Positions 1-7,882 of a DNA stretch of 64,000 nucleotides are shown here, one piece after another. The DNA lies in IMG/VR virus record IMGVR_UViG_3300043607_000039, positions 29,001-93,000 of that record. One strand, written 5' to 3'. Below the pieces are notes generated by a model. It searched no databases and was not told where the DNA came from. It saw only the letters and a list, made by a program, of their open reading frames with translations. The position numbers and the translations under genes were made by a program. This stretch comes from a virus. Positions within the stretch are counted from its first letter, which is position 1; the number at the start of each line of letters is the position of its first letter.

Positions 1-684
1 GCCCACGGGCTTGCGGGGCCGGCCTCTGACGTTGACCGGCTGGGCGTATTCGCGGCGCCCACGAAGCAACTACTGGGACTGCACCCGCCGATCGAGAGCA
101 AGCTCTCGATCGTGCGCAAAGACCCAGACGTCACCCTGCACGAGGCCGGGAAGCTGTGCCGCCTGCTCCTGAAATGCAACCCCTCGGTCATGGAGCTGCT
201 GTGGCTCCCGGAGGAGCTGTACGAGATCCGGACTCCGGCCGGCGAGGAGCTGCTGGGGATCCGGGACGCGTTTCTGTCCGCTGACCGCGTCCGGGATGCG
301 TTCTTCAACTACGCCAGGGACCAGTTCACCAAGCTCATCAACGGCGGCCGACTCGGGAGGAAGTTCTCCGACGAGCCACCAGACCCCGATGAAGTTGCCC
401 AGACCATTAAGCGGCGACGGAAGAACGCCCGCCACGTCCTGCGTCTACTCGACCAGGGACTGCATCTGTACCGGACCGGAGAGCTGATCGTCCGGGTGGA
501 CGATCCGCAGCGGTACTTCGAGTTCGGCGACCGGGCTCTGGATGACCCGGACTACGTCAAGGAGCACCTGATCGCGGCCGAGCTGGCATTCGACCGTCAG
601 CCCTCGGTCCTGCCGCCGCGGCCAGAAGAGACCGCGGTCGAGGACTGGTTGCTCGGCATCCGAAATCAGTTCCACGAGGTGTAG
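1..684 (+). CDS. Pol-beta superfamily nucleotidyltransferase (RlaP/Nuc-transf-like), 5' truncated by window
   Basis: Frame 1 is open from base 1: AHGLAGPASDVDRLGVF (NTase motif), then LLLKCNPSVMELLW and KNARHVLRLL. Confidence 0.8.
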   Translation, partial: AHGLAGPASDVDRLGVFAAPTKQLLGLHPPIESKLSIVRKDPDVTLHEAGKLCRLLLKCNPSVMELLWLPEELYEIRTPAGEELLGIRDAFLSADRVRDAFFNYARDQFTKLINGGRLGRKFSDEPPDPDEVAQTIKRRRKNARHVLRLLDQGLHLYRTGELIVRVDDPQRYFEFGDRALDDPDYVKEHLIAAELAFDRQPSVLPPRPEETAVEDWLLGIRNQFHEV

Positions 685-759
685 TCACGCCTGGAAGATC
701 TTCGATCTTACGAATAAGTCTCACCATATTAACGACCACCAAGAAAGAGGGACGGAACT

Positions 760-1584
760 ATGCGAGTGCCGCTGAAGCTCTTCACGTTGATCATGGTCGC
801 GCTACTGGCCATAGGTCTGGCTGGCGCACAGCCGGCCGCCTCGGTTGCCACCTCAGCTGTCGCTCCACCGCCGGCCGCATTGCGCGTCGTAACCCTTGGC
901 GAGTCCACCAACACCGGCCTGGGTGATCCCAAAGGGTGCGGGTATCGCCGCAAGCTCGCTGAACTGATGAAGACGGCTGCCCCAGGCGGCACCAACCTGC
1001 CGGTTACCTTTACGGGGACGCTCAATGGCAGTGCCCCCAACGATTGCAAGATTCCCTACGGCCACTTTGGACAGACGGTTCAGGACCTCCGGGCCAACGT
1101 CTTGAACTGGCTCGATGCCGACCAGCCCGACGTCATTCTCATCATGGTTGGGATCAATAACTCAGCTGGCGCTGGTGTCGGACTCAACAACTGGCAGTAC
1201 GAGGTGACTCAACTACTCAACACGATCGGCATGTGGCACTACCCGAATGCTCACCAGCAGATCTTCATTGCCACGATTCCCTACTCGGTAGCATCCTGGG
1301 CGCAGAACGAGGTCACGGCCAACGAGGGCATCCTCAACGCGATCAACTCGTTCGCCGGCTATCCCGGGGCGTCGATGATCCACCCTGCGCGAGCCGACTA
1401 CATGCCGTGTGTGCACCTGGCCGACGGGATCCACCCCGACGGGGCCGGCTACGACGTGATCGCCTACCAGTTCTACGCGGCCATGGCCCCTGTCTTCGGG
1501 TTGGAGTCACTGCCGCTGAACTCCATCCACTGGGCAGACCAGCATCGGCCCGGATTCGAGCGGTCGGCGACGGCCTGCACGTGA
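760..1584 (+). CDS. Secreted SGNH/GDSL hydrolase
   Basis: Signal peptide, LGESTNTG block I, GINN block III, DGIHP block V. Confidence 0.85.
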   Translation: MRVPLKLFTLIMVALLAIGLAGAQPAASVATSAVAPPPAALRVVTLGESTNTGLGDPKGCGYRRKLAELMKTAAPGGTNLPVTFTGTLNGSAPNDCKIPYGHFGQTVQDLRANVLNWLDADQPDVILIMVGINNSAGAGVGLNNWQYEVTQLLNTIGMWHYPNAHQQIFIATIPYSVASWAQNEVTANEGILNAINSFAGYPGASMIHPARADYMPCVHLADGIHPDGAGYDVIAYQFYAAMAPVFGLESLPLNSIHWADQHRPGFERSATACT

Positions 1585-1633
1585 TCGGCTAGATTCTCAA
1601 GCGCCTGACCTGCGCAAACACTCCTTCGCCCTC

Positions 1634-1649
1634 ACCCGAATGTACGGGT
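1634..1649. promoter_or_regulatory. 16-bp palindromic operator copy
   Basis: ACCCGAATGTACGGGT. Confidence 0.55.
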
Positions 1650-1677
1650 GAGGGCGATGTGTGTTTCGATGGAAGGC

Positions 1678-2973
1678 ATGACCAAGACCCAAACGCAAGA
1701 CGTATGGGCCAAGGCCAAGCCTTGGGTCCTACGCAGCACAGTCGCAGTCATGGTCCTGTTCCTGGCGTTCACCGCGTCCGGGGCATGGGCAACTCCGCCA
1801 CCCCAGCTCGTAGTGAACCCAGGACCCGGAATGTCCTGTGGGCCGCTGACACAGAACGCGAACGGTGACTACGTCGCCACGTGCACGATCACGGGCCTCG
1901 TGACCCCAGGCGCTACGGCATCCCCGTCGCCCAGTGGCTCCCCGAGTCCAAGTCCGACTGGCTCTCCGTCTGCGTCCCCATCGCCGAGCACTAGCTCGCC
2001 AAGTCCGTCACCGAGCAGCAGCAGCTCCCCGAGCCCGAGCCCCACGGTCACGGTGCCGCCTACCTCGCCACCGCCGACTGGACCCACGACCGGCTGCATG
2101 CCAGTGCCTTCACGGTGCGGGTTCCCGGATGCGACCAACACGGGTGTGCCGGCCGGGACCGTCCTGGCCGAACGCATGGGCAAGGTCACGCTGACCACCG
2201 GCCAGAGCCTGATCAACACTCAGGTCATCGGCTGTGTGCAGATCGTCGGGCAGAACGTGACCATCCGCAACGTACGGATCGTCAGCACCTGCTCGTACGC
2301 GGCCATCGACCTGGAGGACAACAACACGACCGGGGCTTTGATCGAGAACGTTGAGATCGACATGCGACTGCTGGCCAACTCGGCCGCATTCACTGGCCGG
2401 CTCAACCAGCGCTCGATCACCGGTGACAACTTCACCGCCCGCAAGGTGTGGTGGCACGGCGGTTCGGACTGCGTGCACTACGGCAGCAACGTTCTCATCG
2501 AGGACAGTTTCTGTGACGTGGCCCTGATTCCGGCCGGCTACCCCGGCGACCCGCACATCGACGGTTTCCAGAGCGCTGGTGGCAACAACGTCACCCTGCG
2601 GCACAACACGATCCGGAACCCGAACAACCAGACGTCGGCCATCATCAACGGCACCACGCCTGGTACGTCTGCACCGCAGACCAACGTGCACATCGTGGGC
2701 AACCTGATGGCGGGCGGCGGTTACACCGTCTACTGCCAGGCCCACCCGGGCCCAGCTCCGGCCACGGTCGAGTTCCGGGACAACCGGATCAGCTTCGACT
2801 ACTACACCTGGCCGATCAACTCCGGCCACCCGTTGACCCGCGGTGGGTTCTGGGGCCCGACCACGGACTGCACCAACGTCCCCGGCTTCTCGACGAACGT
2901 CTGGGACAGCACCGGCCCCCGCAACAACACCAAGCTCCCGTTGGTGGAGAACCCCGGAGTCGGTCAGCTCTAG
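1678..2973 (+). CDS. Secreted protein with Ser/Pro linker and right-handed beta-helix domain
   Basis: Signal peptide, (SP)n linker, NVTIRNVRI/NVLIEDS/HIDGFQS/NVTLRHNTI repeats. Confidence 0.75.
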   Translation: MTKTQTQDVWAKAKPWVLRSTVAVMVLFLAFTASGAWATPPPQLVVNPGPGMSCGPLTQNANGDYVATCTITGLVTPGATASPSPSGSPSPSPTGSPSASPSPSTSSPSPSPSSSSSPSPSPTVTVPPTSPPPTGPTTGCMPVPSRCGFPDATNTGVPAGTVLAERMGKVTLTTGQSLINTQVIGCVQIVGQNVTIRNVRIVSTCSYAAIDLEDNNTTGALIENVEIDMRLLANSAAFTGRLNQRSITGDNFTARKVWWHGGSDCVHYGSNVLIEDSFCDVALIPAGYPGDPHIDGFQSAGGNNVTLRHNTIRNPNNQTSAIINGTTPGTSAPQTNVHIVGNLMAGGGYTVYCQAHPGPAPATVEFRDNRISFDYYTWPINSGHPLTRGGFWGPTTDCTNVPGFSTNVWDSTGPRNNTKLPLVENPGVGQL

Positions 2974-2976
2974 CAG

Positions 2977-3005
2977 TTGACCACACCCCCACCTGGGGGT
3001 AACGT
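2977..3005 (+). promoter_or_regulatory. sigma70-type promoter with operator in spacer
   Basis: TTGACC-17nt-TAACGT; ACCCCCACCTGGGGGT at 2985-3000. Confidence 0.6.
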
Positions 3006-3099
3006 ACGAGACGGTTCTCCTTCGCATCAGGCGGGACCGGAACGAGCAGGCCCCAGCTCCCCATCGCTGGGGCCTGCTCCTCGTTCGAGGGGGTTGGGC

Positions 3100-3483
3100 G
3101 TGGTCTGGTACATCCTCGACGACAACAACAATCCAGTCCCGGTCTCCGACATCCTCGTCTGGGGCCGATGGTTCGAAGAGGCGAGCGTCAGTCGGCGTCG
3201 GATCGTGGCTTCGGACTTCCTTGGTGCCACCCTGGTATCGACTGTCTTCTTGGGCATCGATCACGGTTTCAGCTGGGAAGCAGGGCCACCCCTCCTGTTC
3301 GAGACGATGATCTTCTATGACCAGGACTACGGCGACGAGATGGGAACCTGGAGGTATTCGACCTGGACCCAGGCGGTCGCCGGCCACGACCAGGCGTTGA
3401 TGGTGGCCAGGGAGCAACTGGCCAAGCTGGCGGCCGTGGTCGACCAGCTCATCACAGAGAGCAACAGTCCGGAAGGAGAGTGA
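3100..3483 (+). CDS. Hypothetical phage protein
   Basis: ORF with RBS; VSTVFLGIDH..LFETMIF motif typical of phage hypotheticals. Confidence 0.6.
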   Translation: MVWYILDDNNNPVPVSDILVWGRWFEEASVSRRRIVASDFLGATLVSTVFLGIDHGFSWEAGPPLLFETMIFYDQDYGDEMGTWRYSTWTQAVAGHDQALMVAREQLAKLAAVVDQLITESNSPEGE

Positions 3484-3549
3484 TCGACATGCCTAGCACG
3501 CGTTAGTCCACGGCACCGTGCCGTGGCGGCTTAGGGGCAGGTCGCTTAC

Positions 3550-3912
3550 ATGTCCAGGACAGATGTCCACGCACCATGGCGGGTGAAGCAGCGGGATCCG
3601 CTGTGGCGCCACTACTTCCGTGAGGTGCACCGTCATGATGACGGTGTCTGCACGCTCGACCGTTTCCTGGCCGCCACCAGCCGGGTCAGGACTTCCTGCT
3701 ACATCGACTTTGCCTGGCGCGGCCGGCAGATCCACTGTGGCTGCGGCAGTTGCACGGATCAGGACGGCCGTCGGATGAGGCGTCGTCGGGAACGGCACGA
3801 GGTTCGTCAAGCCCTGCTCCTGGGAGACTGGGACAACCTCGATGTGGAGTTGCATCGGGATGCCTGGTGCACGTACAACGTCCAGCCGCGACCCCAGGAT
3901 AGGGATGTGTGA
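3550..3912 (+). CDS. Basic His/Cys/Arg-rich 'MSRTD' protein
   Basis: MSRTDVHAPWRVK...; similar to 28854-29264. Confidence 0.65.
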   Translation: MSRTDVHAPWRVKQRDPLWRHYFREVHRHDDGVCTLDRFLAATSRVRTSCYIDFAWRGRQIHCGCGSCTDQDGRRMRRRRERHEVRQALLLGDWDNLDVELHRDAWCTYNVQPRPQDRDV

Positions 3913-4019
3913 TGAAACTGAAGTCGTTCCCGGTCATCTTGACCGTGATCGTCGTTGTCGTCCTCTGCCTGTGCGCCGGCTTCGGGTTTCGCGTAGCCAG
4001 CTGGACCCTGCAAGGGTGA
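3912..4019 (+). CDS. Small membrane protein
   Basis: 35 aa hydrophobic ORF overlapping the upstream stop. Confidence 0.45.
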   Translation: MKLKSFPVILTVIVVVVLCLCAGFGFRVASWTLQG

Positions 4020-4061
4020 GACTCACGGCTGCTCGGGGAAAAAGATCTTGAGGATTAACCG

Positions 4062-4090
4062 TTGACGCCACCCGGACGTACGGGTACGGT
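4062..4090 (+). promoter_or_regulatory. Promoter of tRNA array with operator in spacer
   Basis: TTGACG-17nt-TACGGT; ACCCGGACGTACGGGT at 4070-4085. Confidence 0.7.
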
Positions 4091-4185
4091 TCTCGTTGTT
4101 CGGTGGTTCGCAACCAGCTAAGAGTCTTGCCCCTCCGGGGGCAAGGCCCTACGCTCAACATCAACCCGTCAGGAAGCCAGGAGCC

Positions 4186-4326
4186 ATGTACCGGAACGCC
4201 TTGTCGACAACGCAGCAGTCGCTGCGCGGCGAAGCGACCCCGGGCAGCGGACGGCGACTGGTCTCCATGTACAAGGCCAACGATTGGTTCTGCCCCCAGG
4301 AGCACATCCACCGGCGGAGCAGCTAG
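4186..4326 (+). CDS. Attenuator leader peptide (46 aa) containing all 20 amino acids
   Basis: AGGAG RBS; MYRNALSTTQQSLRGEATPGSGRRLVSMYKANDWFCPQEHIHRRSS-TAG; lies between promoter and terminator. Confidence 0.8.
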   Translation: MYRNALSTTQQSLRGEATPGSGRRLVSMYKANDWFCPQEHIHRRSS

Positions 4327-4339
4327 GGTCCAGAAACCC

Positions 4340-4381
4340 GAAGCCGCCCACCCAGTGAACCTGGAAGAGGCGGCTTTCTTC
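4340..4381 (+). terminator. Intrinsic terminator/attenuator upstream of first tRNA
   Basis: GAAGCCGCC/GGCGGCTTT stem followed by CTTC; competing GGCGG (4313-4317) in leader. Confidence 0.75.
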
Positions 4382-4397
4382 ATCTACAAGTCCATAT

Positions 4398-4470
4398 AGG
4401 GGTGTAGCTCAATTGGCTGAGCTGTCGTCTCCAAAGCGACCGGTTGCAGGTTCGAGTCCTGTCACCCCTG
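4398..4470 (+). tRNA. tRNA-Trp(CCA)
   Basis: Cloverleaf; gtcgt-CTCCAAA-gcgac. Confidence 0.9.
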
Positions 4471-4574
4471 CGTGTTACTTCCGGGCAACCGGAGTTACTT
4501 GAGAATTCCACAGTGGACAGCATGTGTAGATAGAGTCCTGGCCTGTGCCATCACGGGTGGGCCAGGACTATCTT

Positions 4575-4648
4575 CGGGACGTAGCGCAGTCAGGTCGCGC
4601 GCCTGCTTTGGGAGCAGGAGGACGTCGGTTCGAATCCGACCGTCCCGA
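4575..4648 (+). tRNA. tRNA-Pro(TGG)
   Basis: cctgc-TTTGGGA-gcagg. Confidence 0.9.
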
Positions 4649-4653
4649 CGCAT

Positions 4654-4730
4654 GGGGGTATGGCGCAGTTGGTAGCGCGTCTGTCTGTATGGCATACAGA
4701 AGGCCCGCGGTTCGAGTCCGCGTATCTCCA
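4654..4730 (+). tRNA. tRNA-Ala(GGC), with 4-nt TCTG duplication before anticodon stem
   Basis: tctgt-ATGGCAT-acaga; G3.U70. Confidence 0.75.
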
Positions 4731-4826
4731 CGGGTCGTAGTTCAGGGTAGAGCGCCGCGTAAAGGTGTTAGCCGCAAGGTGCACGGAATGTAGCGGAGGC
4801 GCAGGAATCGAATCCTGCCGACTCCA
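4731..4826 (+). ncRNA. tRNA-like RNA with anticodon loop replaced by extended hairpin
   Basis: D arm, T arm and acceptor present; ~34-nt insert with GCAA tetraloop in place of anticodon loop. Confidence 0.6.
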
Positions 4827-4830
4827 GTCT

Positions 4831-4903
4831 GGGGATGTAGCTCACTTGGTAGAGCGCTGTCTTCGCAAGGCAGAGGCAAGGAGTTCGAATCTCCTCATCT
4901 CCA
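4831..4903 (+). tRNA. tRNA-Ala(CGC)
   Basis: ctgtc-TTCGCAA-ggcag. Confidence 0.9.
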
Positions 4904-4953
4904 CGTCGGTATGGGAAGCTCCGAGGTGAGCAACCTCGCCTGTGCCGGCTCCA

Positions 4954-5030
4954 TGTTCCCTAGCTCATCGACAGAGCGTCAGTCCTGATACGACTGGAGG
5001 TCCGGGGTTTAATTCCTCGGGGGAGCACCA
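4954..5030 (+). tRNA. tRNA with GAT anticodon (Ile), atypical
   Basis: cagtc-CTGATAC-gactg; T loop TTTAATT; encoded CCA. Confidence 0.65.
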
Positions 5031-5031
5031 A

Positions 5032-5103
5032 GTCCCTGTAGCTGAGATGGTCTAGCGCTTGGTTGAAGCCCAGGAGACCTCGGTTCAAGTCCGGGCGGGG
5101 ACA
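5032..5103 (+). tRNA. tRNA-Phe(GAA)
   Basis: cttgg-TTGAAGC-ccagg. Confidence 0.85.
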
Positions 5104-5109
5104 CGCAAT

Positions 5110-5183
5110 GCGCTGTTGGAGGAATTGGTTAACTCACCGCCCTCTCAAGGCGGAGACTACGGGTTCGAAACCCGTACAGCGTA
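5110..5183 (+). tRNA. tRNA-Glu(CTC)
   Basis: ccgcc-CTCTCAA-ggcgg. Confidence 0.9.
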
Positions 5184-5318
5184 CGAGTAACTGGAGCAGG
5201 ATTTGCCGTAAGGCGATCAATGGAGCGCGCGCAGAAAAAGTGGCCTCTGAAAAAGGGCGTCCTGGTCCGTTGGCCTGCAACAACTAATCCATCCAGGACT
5301 GCTTCAGTTCCTCATCTA

Positions 5319-5389
5319 GCCGGCGAAGTGTTGTGGTGACACCTCTGTCTTCCAAACAGATATGGCGAGTTCGATTCTCGTCGCCGGCT
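5319..5389 (+). tRNA. tRNA-Gly(TCC)
   Basis: tctgt-CTTCCAA-acaga. Confidence 0.9.
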
Positions 5390-5390
5390 C

Positions 5391-5894
5391 GTGTTCCCCA
5401 TTCCCAAGGAAATCGACGAGCTAGACGCTGACAGTCGCATGATGTTTCTGCGTCACGCGGCCATGTATGAGGACATCTCCTGGACCATGATCCGTCATAC
5501 GAACGACCTGCACGCGGTAGTCACCGAGGAGGAAATGAAGGCAGATGCCTTCGCCCACGCAATGTCTAGCGCGGTGAGCGAGGCAGCTCGATGCCTGGAG
5601 CACTCCTTCTACACCCGTCGCCATCGGGAACAGGACGAGGAGGGCCGGTCCGAGAGGATGTCGTGGTTCTCCCGCGGCGAGGCCTGCGGCCAGAACTACG
5701 TGGCCTACCAGGTAATCCGGACCGCTTACGAGATCCTGCGGGCGGAGTACGGCATCCTGGAGAAGCACTCCGAGATCTGGGACAGGATCGAGGCGGACCC
5801 TGAAGTCAAGAAGCGTAACGACTACATGGAAAGCCTGTTCGTGACCCTGCATCCCCCCAGGTCCGTACCTAACTCCTCGGAGGAGAGGGAATGA
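5391..5894 (+). CDS. Hypothetical protein
   Basis: 167 aa ORF starting 2 nt after tRNA-Gly. Confidence 0.65.
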   Translation: MFPIPKEIDELDADSRMMFLRHAAMYEDISWTMIRHTNDLHAVVTEEEMKADAFAHAMSSAVSEAARCLEHSFYTRRHREQDEEGRSERMSWFSRGEACGQNYVAYQVIRTAYEILRAEYGILEKHSEIWDRIEADPEVKKRNDYMESLFVTLHPPRSVPNSSEERE

Positions 5895-6286
5895 CTCGCT
5901 TCAAGCGATGGCTCGCCAGCCTGGCCGTCGGCCTCCTGGTGATCACGGGCGTGCTCGTGGTCACGGAAGCTCCGGCCGCTGCGGCCCCGTACTGTCCCCC
6001 CAACTACGCCTGCCTCTACGAGAACCAGGGAGGCGGCGGCTCCTCGATCTCGTTCTACTACAGCCCCTACTCCTGCATCTACCTCGGCGGCGGCTTCAAC
6101 GACCGGGCCTCGTCGGTTCGGAACGAAACCCCCATCCAGATCAAGTTCCGGGACAACTTCGACTGCACCGGCAGCTATGTGGCCGCGGGTGCCGCCTGTG
6201 GTGGCTGTCTCGGGTCCTACATCAACGACCTGGCCGGCTGGCCCTACTTCTTCAACGACCGGGTCAGTGCGATCCAGTTCTACTAG
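5891..6286 (+). CDS. Secreted peptidase inhibitor I36 / beta-gamma-crystallin-like protein
   Basis: Signal peptide, CPPNYACLYEN..FNDRASSVRN, FNDRVSAI. Confidence 0.75.
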   Translation: MTRFKRWLASLAVGLLVITGVLVVTEAPAAAAPYCPPNYACLYENQGGGGSSISFYYSPYSCIYLGGGFNDRASSVRNETPIQIKFRDNFDCTGSYVAAGAACGGCLGSYINDLAGWPYFFNDRVSAIQFY

Positions 6287-6331
6287 CAAGAGCGTGTGAC
6301 CCGACCATATGACTCATGGTCGGGTCACCAT

Positions 6332-6404
6332 TCCGGGGTACGGCGTTGGTGCCGTGGCCGCGCTTTGGACGCGGAACCCATAGGTTCGATTCCTGTACCC
6401 GGAG
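6332..6404 (+). tRNA. tRNA-Gln(TTG)
   Basis: ccgcg-CTTTGGA-cgcgg. Confidence 0.8.
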
Positions 6405-6407
6405 CTT

Positions 6408-6480
6408 GCCTCGGTGGGCTAATGGAAAAGCCGCGGTACTCAAACTGCCGTGAATGACGGTTCGAATCCGTCCCTTGGCA
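6408..6480 (+). tRNA. tRNA-Leu(CAA), short variable arm, 2 acceptor mismatches
   Basis: cggta-CTCAAAC-tgccg. Confidence 0.7.
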
Positions 6481-6486
6481 CGCAAT

Positions 6487-6560
6487 GCCGGTATAGCTCA
6501 GTAGGTCAGAGCGCTTCCTCGGTAAGGAAGAGGCCTCCGGTTCGATTCCGGATTCCGGCT
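6487..6560 (+). tRNA. tRNA-Thr(GGT)
   Basis: cttcc-TCGGTAA-ggaag. Confidence 0.9.
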
Positions 6561-6678
6561 CGGCAATCCCTGGTCCGGGCGAATGACCCGGTGAAAGAGG
6601 TGCGCTCCTTCTAGAAGCAGCCTTGTTGTGGGCGCAAGTCCAAACAATGAAGTCTGACGCCGGGGAACTGCATATCAA

Positions 6679-6755
6679 GCGGATGAAGCTCAGCCTGGTC
6701 GAGCGCTATCTTGCCAAGGTAGATGTCGCGGGTTCGAATCCCGTCTTCCGCTCCA
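6679..6755 (+). tRNA. tRNA-Gly(GCC)
   Basis: ctatc-TTGCCAA-ggtag; CCA end. Confidence 0.9.
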
Positions 6756-6765
6756 GTAACAACAT

Positions 6766-6837
6766 GCGGGTGTGGCGCAACGGTAGCGAGGCTCCCTCTA
6801 AAGGAGATGGTTGCGGGTTCGAGTCCCGTCGCCCGCA
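6766..6837 (+). tRNA. Amber suppressor tRNA (CTA)
   Basis: ctcc-CTCTAAA-ggag; intact acceptor and T arm. Confidence 0.8.
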
Positions 6838-6886
6838 CGTGACAAACACATAGGTAAGAAACGACAAGGTTCATGGAGGTGAACCA

Positions 6887-7330
6887 GTGCAAGCAGTCCT
6901 CGTTCTCAACGCTGACCTCGGGCCCTTGCACCGGGTCAGCCTCAAGCACGCGATCCGGATGCTCTGCCGTGGTATCGCAGAGGTCCACGAAGCGGAGCCT
7001 GACATACGCTTCGGTCTGTGGCCGTGGCCCACTGCGGTCAGACTCGTCCGGTACATCGTGACGAAGTGGCGCTACACCGCTGGACCCGCGTGGTCCCGGC
7101 AAGGCGTCCTGAACCGAGACAACCGGACCTGCGGCTACTGCGGTAGCCGCGAAGGTCGCACCGTCGACCACATTCTCCCCACCTCCCGGGGCGGGAAGAA
7201 CACCTGGCAGAACACGGTCGCCTCGTGCGATCCCTGCAACCAGATCAAAGGCAACCGGACCCCGCAAGAGGCCGGCATGCGACTCCTGGTGAAGCCAGCC
7301 GCCCCGAGCTGGGCGACGATGAAGCGGTAA
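6887..7330 (+). CDS. HNH endonuclease
   Basis: VLVLNA N-terminus, RD..TCGYCG, TVDHILPTSRGG, CDPCNQIKG. Confidence 0.9.
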   Translation: MQAVLVLNADLGPLHRVSLKHAIRMLCRGIAEVHEAEPDIRFGLWPWPTAVRLVRYIVTKWRYTAGPAWSRQGVLNRDNRTCGYCGSREGRTVDHILPTSRGGKNTWQNTVASCDPCNQIKGNRTPQEAGMRLLVKPAAPSWATMKR

Positions 7331-7439
7331 AGCAAGAGGCTGGTCCCGATCTGTTCGAGATAATCCCATGGTGAAGACGATGGTCAACGGGTCCATGGAC
7401 CCCGGGATCTAGCGCCAGCCTTCCATGAAACACACACAT

Positions 7440-7512
7440 TCCGAGTTGGTGTAAATCGGTAGCATGGCGGTCTCTGAAACCGTCGGTCTAGGTTCGAGCC
7501 CTGGACTCGGAG
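7440..7512 (+). tRNA. tRNA-Gln(CTG)
   Basis: gcggt-CTCTGAA-accgt. Confidence 0.9.
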
Positions 7513-7533
7513 CAGTAACTCTTGGGGGCACAC

Positions 7534-7788
7534 ATGACAAAAGTCATCGTGTTCCACACCGGGTACGGATGCTGGACCGGTTGTTGTGGACATGCCATTG
7601 CCGTGGTCGACGAGAACGGCAACGAGAAGCGGCAGGCGTTCGAATTCGCTCACCCTTACTTCAAGGGCGAGCGGACCGAAGAGGAAGCCAAGAAGTGGGC
7701 CCAGCAGCTGGTCGCCAACGAAATGGGCAGCGCCCATGTCGCCGACCTGGACTGGGAACATTGCATCATCGAAGATGATGTCTACTAG
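7534..7788 (+). CDS. Hypothetical protein
   Basis: ORF with GCWTGCCGH motif, high GC3. Confidence 0.6.
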   Translation: MTKVIVFHTGYGCWTGCCGHAIAVVDENGNEKRQAFEFAHPYFKGERTEEEAKKWAQQLVANEMGSAHVADLDWEHCIIEDDVY

Positions 7789-7882
7789 TCTCCGCTAGCT
7801 GGAGTCACGTCTAGCGCACCACGGCGGTAATGCAGTCCCTGCCTCCCATGGCGTACTGGCGTCGAGGCAGGGACTGCATCCA

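Noticed and set aside
1915-2090. Repeat array or CRISPR
   Set aside because: Ser/Pro linker codons inside a CDS; no CRISPR array is seen in the window, and the Cas4-like gene sits in a replication module
7826-7880. Twister-like ribozyme (TAATGCAG)
   Set aside because: Forms a simple long hairpin with CTGCAT; the other twister elements are missing
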